From the NCBI RefSeq assembly GCF_000485595.1, contig NW_014577062.1, positions 623,530 to 657,640 on the forward strand: a stretch of DNA of 34,111 nt, in the 5' to 3' direction. Below the pieces are notes generated by a model that ran no database searches, was not told where the DNA came from, and saw only the letters and a program-made list of their open reading frames with translations. Of this stretch, positions 9,802 to 21,878 are shown piece by piece. Made by a program: the position numbers and the translations under genes. The stretch comes from Priapulus caudatus. Its lineage: Eukaryota. How positions within the stretch are numbered: the first letter of the stretch is position 1; every line of letters begins with the position of its first letter.

Positions 9802-11094
9802 TTTTTAATTTTGGAAGTGGAAAAGCCTGTAAATGGTTACTTTATTATTTATTACCCTGGTAATTTGTGTTGTATGTTAGCATATTGTAATTATAATGTA
9901 TCGAGGGAGTTAGTTACAGTACAGGGCCGAAAGCTAGCAAGGGGGGGGGGGCAAAGGGGCAGTTCCCACAAGAGTAATCAGGGAACAATTTCCAGCCAAA
10001 AATTTGCAAAGCAAATGTGCTATACAAAATAAATTTTGCATCAGCAATTGATAAATTTGTATAGCAGTTTTTTTCAGACAATCTACAGTGCAAATTTTAC
10101 ACGCCGCAGTGCATGTCTTGGCGTGGTTATCGTTCGTTTCGTTGCTGGTTTACAGGCCACAGCGTAGGGCTTAAGGGCCTTAGGACACGGAGTAGCCGAT
10201 TCTGCACGCTTGCCCGGGCAGCGTTTAAACAAGTCTCGTGCGAGCTTGGCACTCGTCCGCTCGCTAATGTATCGAAGTGAAAATAATATCGGGCCGTTCG
10301 CGACGGTGGAGAAGCGAGGCTGACTCGCCCATGTTGGCGAGTAAAAAATAATTGTTCCATAAGAACTTTATCCAAATGTTGTCCTTACGCTTATATATCC
10401 AAACATTTGATGAAATACAGTTCTAGCGCATTGTGGGGAAGGGCGCGTGGATGCGTGGAGCGTCCTCGACCACGACATCCTCCACGTGGTATATTAATCA
10501 AAGGTCGCCAAAGAAAGCAGCCGCGGAGCGTTGCAGGCGCCAGCAACAGCGTGCGCGTGATATACGTGCCTGTGGTGCGGCATATTGATTGATGTACGGG
10601 GGGGGGAGGCAGGATGTTTAAAGAGTCAACGTTGGCCGTGGTGTTAACAAATCGAATAAAATCGGCGTAACGTGGCAATTTCATTGACGCGGCCAAAAGC
10701 CCAGCCGAGAATAAAAAGAATTGTAATTAACATGGTGTATGTTTCCGTTTAGCATCTCGCATGGGCTGCCATCGCACAACTTGCCGATTTCATAAAAAAA
10801 TATGTCGTAGCAAATGGCCTGAAAAATACATCGGCCGAAATTGCGATGCAGATACCCGGGAAAATTATTTCCCTGGTAATGTTAGATACATTGGGCCTGT
10901 TTGTTCAGAGGAGTCCGTCTGCATCATGATCACTTGTTCTTGTAAATTTTCTCATAGCTGTTAATTGCGCTTTCTGTAAACGCTATCTCGTAACATTAGT
11001 GGGTGAGCCATGCTTAAGCATTCAAACATGAGCTTTAACTTTACGTATTCTGACAATGGGCATCTGCATCTATGTAAGTTTCTATGTGTTGCAG

Positions 11095-11250
11095 GGTAAT
11101 AGTGTGTGCAACTCTGCCGTGCAGTTCTATGTGCTAACATTCGAACAATTGGACTGAACTTTCCGAAAACTGTTCAAAAAAGATTTGCTGGACAAAATTC
11201 ATGATGTTGCCTTAAGAAACCGCATTGAGCGAAGCAAACGGACACAGTAA
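11095..11250 (+). CDS. AGPAT1/2: Probable last coding exon of the LPAAT gene, frameshifted as written
   Basis: GTGTTGCAG acceptor at 11094. Fragments in different frames (VIV..LP / LTFEQL / ELSE / LLDK) fit the AGPAT C-terminal pattern. In correct phase it stops at TAA 11097-11099. End is approximate. Confidence 0.5.
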
Positions 11251-11289
11251 ACGGGTACACAGTACTTTGCTAGTGGCATGGTTGCGAAG

Positions 11290-14200
11290 CTGCTGCGGCC
11301 TGTCTGCGTAGAAGATGCTGCGTCTGGGGTGAAAGATGCTGCTGCCTCCAGTGGAAGCATACTGCTGCTAAATAAAATGCTGCTGCTGGGTGGGTTGAAA
11401 GATGCTTGCTGCTCCAGTGGATAGATACTGGCTGTGTGCTGCTAAATAGAGATGCTGCGCCTGGGTGAAAGCATGCTGCTGCCTCAGTGCGAAATACTGC
11501 TGCTAAATATGAAAGGATTGCTGCTGCTGTGGTTGAAAGATCGGGCCTGGTCAGGGAGATGTACTGCCCTGCTAAATAGAATGATGCTGCTGCTGGGTGA
11601 AAAGATGCTGCTGCCTCAGCTGGAAGATACTGCTGCTAAATAGAAGATGCTGTTGCTGGGAGGATACTGCTGCTGCTAGATAGATGCTGCTGTTGCTGCT
11701 GCAAGGGTGCTGCTGCTGCTGTTGGGTGGAAATTGTTGCTGGATGGGGGGGATGCTGCTGCTGCTGCTGGATGGGAGGATGCTGCTGCTGCCTGGCATGA
11801 ATGGCCTGCTGGGACTGCCTACGGATGCGAGAATGCTTGCTGCGTGCTGCTGTCCTTACTGGATGGCGAGGATTTGCTGCTGCTGCTGCCTGGCATGGCG
11901 AGGCAGGCTGCCCTGCCTGCTGCTGGAGGGAGCGAATGCTGCTGCTGGCTACTGCGCGAGTGGAATGCTGGCTGCTGCTCTTGCTTGCGTGGATGGTGCA
12001 GGATGGCTGCTGCTGCCTGGATGGAGGATGCTGCTGCTGCCATGTGCTGCGATGGAGGATGGCCTGCTGCTGTCTGCTGCCCCGGTGGGAGGCTGATGTC
12101 TGCTGCTCCTGGATGGTGGGAGGCATCTGCGCTGCTACTGGATTGGAGGATGCTGCTGCTGCTGCTGCTTGGAGTGGATTGGGAGGATGCTGGCTTGCTG
12201 CTGGCCTGAGGGGAGGGATCCTGCTGCTGCTGGCTGGATGTGAGGATGCTTCTGCCTGGCTACTGTGATGGAAGTGCTGCTGTGCTGGATGGGAGGTGCT
12301 GCTGCCTGCTAACTGATGAATGCTGCTGCTGCGGCTGGAGCGGGAGTGGATTGCTGCCCTGCTGCTGGGCTGGATGGGAGGATGCTGCTGCTGCTGCTGG
12401 ATGGAATGCTGCTGCTTGCCTGCTACTGGCATGAAATGCTGCCTGCTGCTGGATGGAGGATGCTGCTGCTGCTGCTGGATGGGAGGATGCTGCTGCTGCT
12501 GCTGCTGGATGGGAGGATGCTGCTGCTGCTGCCTGGATGGGAGGATGCTGCTGCTGCCCCCTACTGGTATGGGAGGAATGCTGCGTGCTGCTGCTAGTGG
12601 ATGGAGGATCTGCTGCTGCTGGCTGATGGAGGATTGCTGGCTCTGCTGCTGGGCTGCGATGCGGATGGATGCCTGCTGCCTGCTGCGTGGATGCGGAGGA
12701 TGGCTTTGCTGCTGCTACTGGATGGAATGCTGCTGCTGGCTGGATGGGAGGATGCTGCTGCTGCTGCTGGATGGAGGATGCATGCTGCTGCTGGCTTACT
12801 TGGGATGAATCGCTGCCCCTGCTGCTGGCTGGTATGGGGAGGATGCTGCTGCTGCTGCTGGATGGGAGGATGCTGCTGCTGCTACTGGATGGGAGGATGC
12901 TGCTGCTGCTGCTGGTGCTGGATGGGAGGATGCTGCTGCTGCTGCCTGCTGGATGAATGCCTGCTGCGGCTGGATGCGGAGGATGGCTGCTGCTGCTGTG
13001 GGATGGAGGATGCGATGCTGCTGCTACTGGATGGGAGGATCTGCCTTGCTGCGCTGGGATGGGAGGATGCTGCCGGCTGCTATGGATGGAGGATGCTGCG
13101 TGCTGCTGCTGCTGGGATGGAGGATGCTGCGCTGCTGCTGCTGCCTGGATGGCGCAGGGATGCTGGCTGCTGCTGGCGCTGGATGGGAGGATGCCTGCTG
13201 CCTGCTGGCGGATGCGAGAGCTGCTGCTGCGCTGGATGCGGAATGCTGCTGGCCTGCTACTGGATGCGAATGCTGCTGCTGCTGCCCTGCCTACCTTGGA
13301 TGGGAGGATTGCTGCTGCTTGTCTACTGCTGGCAGCGGAGGATGCTGCGTGCGCCTGGCTGGGATGGGAGGATGGCTTCTGCTCTGCTGGATGGGGGAGG
13401 ATTGCCTGCCTGCATGCCTGCTGGCTGGTATGGAGGATGACTGCTGCTGCTGGCTGGATTGGGAGATGCTGCTTTGCTGCTGGCGGATGGGAGGCATAGC
13501 TGCCTGCTGCTGGCTGGATGGAGTATGCTTTACTGCGCTGCCGTGGATGGGCGAGCGTCGGTAGAGTGTCTTGCTGCTGCTGGCTGGATGGGAGGATGCT
13601 GCTGCTGCTGGCTGGATGGGAGGATGCTGCTGCTGCTGCTGGCGTGGGCGAGGGATGCGCTTGCTGCTCTGCTGCTGGCTGGCTGGATATGGATGCTTGC
13701 TGCCTGCTGGCTGTGATGCGTGAGGATGCTGCTGCTGCTACTGGATGGAATGCCGCTGCTGCTGCTACTGGATGGAATGCTGTTCGCCTCCTGGATGGTT
13801 TGAGATGCCTGCTGGCCTGCTGCGCTGGATGGCGGAGGATGGGCTGCTGGCTGCCTGCCCTGCTGGATAGGAGGATGCTGCTGCTGCTGCTGGGATGCGA
13901 ATGCTGCCTGCTACTGCTGGCATGCGGCTGTGCTGCTGGCATGGGAGAGGGATGCTGCTTGCTGCTGGCTGGATGGAGGATGCTGCTGGCTTGCTGTCCG
14001 CTGGGATGGATGAGGATGCTGCTGCTGCCTGCTTGCTGGATGGGAGGCATTGCTGCTGCTGCTGCTGGATGGGCAGGATGCTGCTGGCTGGACTGGAGGG
14101 GATTGGGGAGGATGCTGCTGCTGCTGCTGCTGCTGCTGGATGGAATGCTGCTGCTGCTGCTGGATGGGAGGATGCTGCCCTGCTTTACTAGCTGGGATGG

Positions 14201-14960
14201 AGGCAATGCTGGCTGCTTGCTGCCTTGCGATGGGAGCGATTGCTTGCTGCATACTGTGGATGGAGGATGCTGCTGCTGCCCTACTGCGATGGAATGCCGC
14301 TGGCGCTGCTGGATGGAGGATGCTGCTGGCTGGCTGGATGCGCGAGGATGCTGCTGGCTGCTGGCTGGATGGAGGATGCTGCTGCTGCCTGCTGGATGGA
14401 GATGCTGCTGCTGCTAGCGCGATGGGAGGCATGCTGCTGCTGTCTGGATGGCGGGAGGATGCCTGCTGCGTGCCGGCTGCTACTGGATGGAATGCTGCTG
14501 CTGCTGCTGCTGGATGGGAGGATGCTGCTGCTGCTGCTGGATGGGAGGATGCTGCTGCTGCTACTGGATGGACGGATGCTGCTGCTGTCTGGTGATGGAG
14601 GATGCTGCTGCTGCCTGCCTGTGCGCGCTGCGATGGGGAGGAGCTGCTGCTGCTGCTGCTGGATGGAATGCTGCTGCTGCTGGCTGGTCATGGGCGGCGT
14701 GGGAGGATGCATGGCTGCTGCTGGCTGGATGGGGAGGATGCGCTGCTGCTGACTGGATTGGGAGGATGCTGCTGTGCTGGATGTGAGTGATGCTGCTGCT
14801 GTGCTGCCTGCGATGGGAGGATGCTGCTGCTACTGGATGGATGGATGGATGGATGGATGGATGGATGCTATTGCTGGGAGAATGCTGCTGCTGCTGTTGA
14901 TGCCAGATGAATGCTGTTGATGCCAGATGAATGCTGTTGATGTCAGATGAATGCTGCTGC
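11290..14960. repeat. ~3.7-kb compound CTG/GGAT minisatellite
   Basis: Main unit GGATG(G)GAGGATG(CTG)n. A ~60-bp unit occupies ~11310-11690, (GGAT)n ~14834-14867, and a 20-bp unit ATGCTGTTGATGCCAGATGA x3 ~14891-14952. Confidence 0.95.
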
Positions 14961-16727
14961 CGCTTATTGGATAGGTGGGCAGCTCTGTTGTATTGATGGT
15001 GAACCTGTTGGCAAGTTTCACGTGTCTTAAACACAGTCTATTCAGGTCGAATTTTTTGGCTGCATAGAAACCATCCGTAATAGTTGTTTCTAGCGTGTAG
15101 TAAGTTTAGGAAAATCACAGTGTAATACATTGTTTTATATACTGCCAATGTGTATGTATTGTGGAGCTGGTAATCAAGATGGAGAGATATCCAAATCTCA
15201 ATTAATTGTGTTGATACAGATTTAGGGAATGCCATTGATTTGTGTAGTATTCTGATAATGGGATTAGCTGATTTGGAAAGCGATTCTGTAATATATTAAT
15301 GCACTATTTTGCCAAAGAAGTTATGTATATGTATAATCATGAATGAATTTAATAACTGTATTATTGCAAAATAATTTTGCAATGACAACTCTGTATAATT
15401 CGTCTATGCACGCTATATTTTCACGAAGCTGTTCTAACAGAGCTGCGAGTTGTACACGAGTCCAAGTACCCACTTGATTCGTCTAATAGTATTTTAATAT
15501 GGTGAGATTTTCTTTTTTATAACAAGGTTTTCTCAAGGCATTATCGGCCCAAATATGTGGTCATTACGTGTACATTGCCATTCGTGATGCTGGTAAGCTG
15601 GCGATGTAATCGTAATCGTAATGTGTAATCGTGGCAGATTGTGCCGATGTTGTACTGAAGACAAGAACAGTAGGTATCACTGTTGTTTGATATAAGAGTA
15701 TCTAGTGGCAGTACTTCTTACCACGGCCTTGCCAACAACTGTGGCTTTATATAGTTGACTGATGCCACTTTGTGATATGAAGTGTTAATTTTACTCTTTA
15801 TTTTTTACACAGCTGGTGGTTTAAGATGTATCAATTAGATCTCGAGAGAGGCCTTGTTATATACAACGCGTAACCGCGTTGCGTTCTGATATTATTTATA
15901 AAGAATATTCCATATTAAGCCAGCGTTCCGTGTTTTTATGTTGCTAGTAAGATTTGTGACGTTAAGTAATGTAACTAATCAACGCTATACGTTTTCTTGC
16001 AAGCTCTGGTACAAGTTCTGGATGTATTTTACTGTACATATAGAAAATGTATGTCAGGTTGTCTTTCGAGGGTTCGTATGGGTCTGAAGAATTGTCAAAT
16101 ACTATTTTGTTTCAAGCCTGCAACGTCCAATGACACATTCTTCGAAAATGAGCTGTTAAAGTTGGCTCGAAATCTCATTGAAATTTAACACATTCCGTAT
16201 CCGAAAGGCAATAAATGTTGCTTCATCCAAAGGTTTATGTACTAATCGTTATTTGAAAATGACGAGATATGAGGATTGTATTGGTCCTAAATCTTACTCC
16301 TGTGCATACATTCCTGTCCTGGAAAATTGCCAGCCCTGGGAAACTAAAATTATGTTTCGCATTTGGTGCAAACCTCTGTAGACGGGTCATGTCTTTCAAT
16401 ATAGTAGTGAAATTAAATGGACTCAATGGGTCAATCTGTAAATCGCGTTTGCAAAAACAATTTCCTTTGACTCTACCTCCGTCCCAGTTAGCATGTAATT
16501 TTTCATTATATGACCCGATATCACGAATATTAATAGATCATTTGCGACTTTAGATGCACGTACGCGCGCGCATTTTAAGCGTTGGCATAAATGCTAGCTG
16601 CTGACCAGTCTCTACGACTTTCAAGTAGAGAGAAGCAGCAAAATAATTTGTGGCAGCCACCTTGTGGTATGGTTGGCCATCGTACGTACTCAGAAATAAT
16701 TATTTTTGCCGCAGTAGAAATAATTCA

Positions 16728-16841
16728 ACCGCGGTTAAATTATAGCCCTTTTACCCATTCAGATGCCTTGATACACAATTTAACCGCGTATGTGTAGCAA
16801 GGCCACTGATTTGGTAAACAGGGCCATAATTTAACTGCGGT
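16728..16841. repeat. Small foldback (35-bp inverted repeats), possible MITE relic
   Basis: ACCGCGGTTAAATTATAGCCCT-TTTACCCATTCAG (16728-16762) vs reverse complement of 16806-16841, ACCGCAGTTAAATTATGGCCCTGTTTACCAAATCAG. Confidence 0.7.
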
Positions 16842-18419
16842 AACAATTAACAATTAATTTTTTGACTACTGACCTCCAGTTTCGACCTGGCGATTTGTGT
16901 TGCTATTGTACGTGTATTGTAGTGCTATTCTCTATAACATTACGCCTAATAGTAAGGGTAGGTAAGGCCTATATAAGCAAAATGGTTTCTGTTAGTAATG
17001 CCTATTTATTTCTCTGTTGACATGTCTGTACACCATTATAAACGACTCGCAGAGAATTGAGAATGGATGACAGATGCACTGTCACGTGCCATCTGCTAAT
17101 ATAAAGTAACACAAAATAATGTTCTTATCTACAATCTATGATAGATCTATTCTACAGACCGCTCTAGCTGTGAACTACTAAGTCATTAAAGGAAATATAC
17201 TTTAAAATAGTGAAAACATGATAAATGACTAAACAATTGTGTGTACAGTATATATCTGTAAATTATATACAGCACTGGCTATAAACGATTCAAATAATAT
17301 GAAAATGTACATTTTCATAAATCATTCCAACAAAAAATGTACAATGCGGAGATCCACCGGTGTTTGTGGAATCACTTCATACACGAACACATGAACAAAA
17401 TGACAATATAAACTCAGCAATCACTATGCCTATGATATGATCCGTTGTCGATTTGAAACGTGCGAGTCGCTGCAAGATACTGTTCTAAAACTCGTAGCAA
17501 TATGCTGTCAGCTGGTCGCACGCAGCGACAGGACCGTAAATGTCGCGATACATCACATGACATACTGGCACTTTATCGTCTGCGCGAGAATTCGGGCACG
17601 CACGCGTCGTTCGATTCTAAAAATATACATCTCCTTATTTCGGTAACGCGAATGACGTCTATGCGAATTGCCACACAAGTCGTACCATGAACTTCGAACG
17701 TTATCATAAATCTTTACAACTGTCCAATTGATTTACAAACACGACCGCGTCTTCTAGATCAGCCAGCTAGCACTGTGTTTGTACGGTGGCCACGGATCTG
17801 AAGCACTGTGGGAAACAATAATAGGCCAGCCTGCAGCCTAGATACAAATATCAATCTATAAAGTTTGCCTTGTGCCTCAGCTATGTAAAAATGTACTACA
17901 TACAGCGAGATGGCGATAAAGGACACAGGAAATGGGTTTTGATTAATCCAGTGAAACGTGGTAATTAATGAATGACCATGCAGTTTCTGTATTAATCCAC
18001 TCATGCAAATTTCATGCTATCCCAGATCCTAAATTAGCTACACGTGCATTAAGTCGTCCACGCAACACGGACGACAAATAATCTGTCAGTGCGAAACTAA
18101 CACAAGTTGTCAAACTAACATTACCATCCTAAAACCATGTAAAGGCATCACGTCATCCACCAGTGGTCGATATACTAACACCGTTAACAATTGCGTTCAC
18201 ATAGTACTACATTTTCCGATCACAAAAATAGTGCTCCAGCCAACTTTGATAATATCTACACAGGCTTAAATTATGAATTATTCATCACTGGCTAAATTCC
18301 GCTAATGGTCACAGAAAACAGAATACCATATGTTTAACCGCGTTATTACATCAATATATACAAGGCAGAATACCAGCACAGCTGACAAGGGTTGCCTTAT
18401 TAGTTATTATTAAAGATTA

Positions 18420-18725
18420 CGGCGTGGTATGTTCTCTACGTTCTATACTACAGGCTGGGGTGGAGTGTTGTATATATATATGTCCTACTCCTGGTCGGAT
18501 TGTGGTGTGTTCTATACTACGGTTTGGGTAGTGGTATGCACTATACTATAGGCTGGGTGGAGTGTCGTATGTACTATACTATATGTTGAGTGCAGTGTGG
18601 TATGTTCTATACTACAGTTTGCGGTGTGGTATGTTCTATACTATAGGTTGGGGTGAAGTGTCATACCATGGGCTGGCGTGGAGTGTGGTATGTTTGATAC
18701 TACAGGCTGGGTACAGTGTGGTATA
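18420..18725. repeat. Degenerate ~30-35-bp minisatellite (GTGGTATGTTCTATACTACAGGCTGGG)
   Basis: About 8-9 diverged copies of the core are visible. Confidence 0.8.
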
Positions 18726-19036
18726 TTTTGTAATAAAACCTTACAGTTGTATTAAATAATAAGAGTTCTGGTACGTTCGCCACTACAGGAACCGTACGAA
18801 GGTTGGCTAACGAGGACAGAGGCGATCAAATGGAACAGCCACTGCGATAGGCAGTCACAGTAGCAGTACAAGAAACAAAGTTTTTAATCCTCGCTACATA
18901 TTCTGTTCTCAGGCGACATGCAACGAGACTGGTGCGGCTCATCTCCCCCATTCATATGCAGGAAGCAGTTCCCGAGTTTTTCAGAATCATTTCTAATCAC
19001 ACAACGTAATATCACAGTACAAAACCAAGTGAATAA

Positions 19037-19115
19037 CACACGCACGCACGCACGCACGCACGCACGCACACGCACGTTCACACACACACACATACACACA
19101 CCCACCCACACACAC

Positions 19116-19146
<31 letters not shown>

Positions 19147-19157
19147 TACACACACCC
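19037..19157. repeat. (GCAC)n + (CA)n compound microsatellite
   Basis: Directly visible. Confidence 0.95.
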
Positions 19158-20629
19158 AGAGCTATCTATTGTAAACGTACCCCGATGAAAGCCGCCACCT
19201 CAGTCACTCTGTGTGCTTAACTGCACCGCAACTGCAATGTCTTGCTCTGACTCTGTTCCCTTTCCCTTCCAACCCACCCCACTCCATACCCTTAAGTCGA
19301 CCATACACAAACACACACAGTTTGGTATGCATGCTCTGAGAAAACAGAATATCTACCTGGATGGAACCTACCACACCACTAATACAGCCGGGTCATCACT
19401 AGAGAATAATTGGCGCAGGCATGAACCCACATCTACGTAAGTTCGAGTGTATATGAGGCAATAGTCTAATATACACTCGATATGTACATGCTGCACATAT
19501 ACGATAGTAATGAAATAGTTTGAGACCTACTGCAGTAGTATGGTTTATTTTACATTCATGTGTAAGGGGTATATCATATTCGAGTCTATAGCCAGCCAGG
19601 ATGAATTCAAGTGATGAGTGAATTTCGTACAAGCTGAGTGATATACGTATTGTAGATATAACACTATTAAAAATAAATCTCTGTGAATGTGGAGTGGATG
19701 TTGTGTCGATTAGGCGCTATTTATTTTTGGTATCAAAAGATTTTGGTTGGCTGAGCTCTCACGCACGTACCTGTCACGTTCTCAGCTCCACCTACCAGGC
19801 ACAACTAATCAATGGCTCTGGATAACTGGCTTAGATTCTCACCTGGATGCAATGCTGAGACCAACTGCCATCCCACACATCATTCCATCGACATCTTTCC
19901 TAAGACATTTGTTCATTACCTAACTACTAAAAATCATTTTTCGCAACACTCTATAGTTCATTTTGAACCTCCATTTCAAAATAAACAAATGTAAAAGTGT
20001 TGCGTGATTGGCTATGCACAAGCTGCTGGTCGCTGCCACAGACACTCCCCTCATTTTCTCTCTCTGTCTAGCTTGTTGCTTGTTGCCTTACGCAGAGTGT
20101 CTGGCCTCAACCATCGATAATCATGTCGATTGCAGAACCTTCCAAGTCCAACATAAGAAATGCTGGCAGCGCAAATGTTCAGTTTATTTGATTGCGATCA
20201 CCAGCCCACGGGAAGTTCACCATCCCTCACAAATTCTCACTAATCGTTATCTTGTCAGTACTAAAAACCTCTGCCAACAAAATTACCAGCACGCGAATTT
20301 ACTCCGACGCACGCACAAAGCACGCGGCTAAACTCGGTGGTGGCTCGTGTCCAGCAAACCTCCAGCACAGTGGCACCGTGTTCTCCCGCGGTTCCACGCA
20401 ACTACCAGGGCGAGTAGCGGCTTCTGCTGCCGTCACCTGCTGCTGTGGTGAAGGCCAGAGTTGTTCTAGCTATCGAGTCACGCCCGCGAGCAGCGACCCC
20501 AGCGACACGGACGTCACCCAACTCGGCGGGATACACTTCCGCAGAGTAGGCTGCGTGCCTAGGTGGCGCCACGATGCGCCCACAGGACACCATGAGTCTG
20601 ACACCTCTCGGGTGCGCTTGTGTGCACCC

Positions 20630-20785
20630 TCAGAGCCGCCGCTTGGCGTGAAGCATCTCCATGAGGAGGGTCTGGGTGGGCAGGCCGCCACTGAGGTGCT
20701 TGAAGTGAAGGAACTCCTCGCCACGAATGCTGATGAGCCTCAGCTCCGGCAGACGCAGCAAGATCTGTCCGAACTTGTCTTCCAC
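20630..20785 (-). CDS. ftz-f1: Nuclear receptor FTZ-F1/NR5A, last coding exon (LBD helices 10-12, AF-2)
   Basis: TTCTTGCAG acceptor, 156 nt. Encodes VEDKFGQILLRLPELRLISIRGEEFLHFKHLSGGLPTQTLLMEMLHAKRRL*. TQTLLMEMLHAKR is the FTZ-F1 C-terminus. Confidence 0.96.
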   Translation of the reverse strand: MEDKFGQILLRLPELRLISIRGEEFLHFKHLSGGLPTQTLLMEMLHAKRRL

Positions 20786-21342
20786 CTGCAAGAAAGCACC
20801 GCAGCATTGATAACAAGAGTTGAACAACTCCTGCACGCTTTGCCCGTACAGCACACGCAAAGCACTGCATTGCATCACCACGCTTAACTTTTCAACTTAT
20901 ATTAATTATAATTATTATTATTAATATTAATAATAATTAATAATAATATTCTTAATTAATTATATTATATTAATTCAAAAGCTTTCTGGAACATTTATAA
21001 CAAAAATTGTCCGACATGAAACCTTATCGAGATTGGACGGGTAAAAATATAGCAAGGGCTTCAGAGGGCGATGGAGATCTACAGTCTTGTACAATGGTCA
21101 TGCAGATTGCACGAATAGAGCAGAGAAGCGGAGAAGACTAATTACGGAGATTTTGTGTTGACTCAGATGATTCTATCAAATAACCAATTGATTACTTTGA
21201 GGCAACTGCTCTTTTACATCACTGCCGATTCTTGTGTTTGAGGGGCTGGAATCTGAACAGAAATCCACAAATCCATTCCGGCAGCATCACAAGGTTAATT
21301 TCTAACAGTGTGAGAGAAAAACAGAATTGACAAAGCACTTAC

Positions 21343-21437
21343 TTCTGGATAGAAGCTGGAGCAATACTCCATGAGCGCATTGTTGACCTTCTCCTGAGCT
21401 TCTTCGACCAGCTTGCTATTTGTCAGCCCCTTCACGT
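21343..21437 (-). CDS. ftz-f1: FTZ-F1/NR5A exon (LBD helix 9); missed by the ORF track
   Basis: TTGTAG acceptor, GAA|GTAAGT donor, 95 nt. Encodes (D)VKGLTNSKLVEEAQEKVNNALMEYCSSFYPE. Phases fit both neighbours. Confidence 0.95.
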
Positions 21438-21692
21438 CTACAAGATTCAAAACACCACATTAACAAAACAGTGAGTGCTGAAACACCCTGCTCGTGAATC
21501 CATCAAACGTAAGCAAAGTTGTTGTGTTTTGTGCTCGACTTGGTGCCCTTTCAGTTGCCTTTGCACGGGGCAATATCACCTAAAGTGCCTAAATACTGGA
21601 CGACAACATCACGTTATCCCTGTATACAAAAATATGCACACTGAAAGACGGTGCCGTGATTGGAATTGTAAGCTCATGCTCATCTGGATTAA

Positions 21693-21796
21693 AGGCATAC
21701 TAGCTTGGCTATAAGGTTATGTACTTATTAACTACACAAGGTGCCAGTTACTCTAGCATTCGTCAACATTGCATAATCAATGGGCCTAGTATGCCT
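21693..21796. mobile_element. 104-bp Kolobok-like MITE in a ftz-f1 intron
   Basis: TTAA|AGGCATACTAG ... CTAGTATGCCT|TTAA: perfect 11-bp TIR plus TTAA TSD. Confidence 0.8.
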
Positions 21797-21878
21797 TTAA
21801 AAAATGTGCACATTTCAAGACGGTGTCATAATTATTGCGTGAAATTGTGAGGACGCTCACCTGGACTCGCACGCTCAC

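Noticed and set aside
9922..10899. Possible hAT-like element (CAGGGCC...GGGCCTG ends, CpG-rich interior)
   Set aside because: TIR match is short, no TSD, and the sequence is noisy.
11452..15034. Long overlapping ORFs (up to 648 aa; polyQ/S/A on -, polyL/C/A on +)
   Set aside because: They are open in nearly all frames because CTG/GGAT repeats lack stops. Unit lengths are often not multiples of 3 and no domain is visible.
18420..18725. CRISPR-like repeat spacing
   Set aside because: Eukaryotic locus, degenerate tandem units without unique spacers, no cas genes.
20192..20887. 231-aa + strand ORF
   Set aside because: Antisense shadow of the GC-rich last ftz-f1 exon and its 3' UTR, with no recognisable domain.
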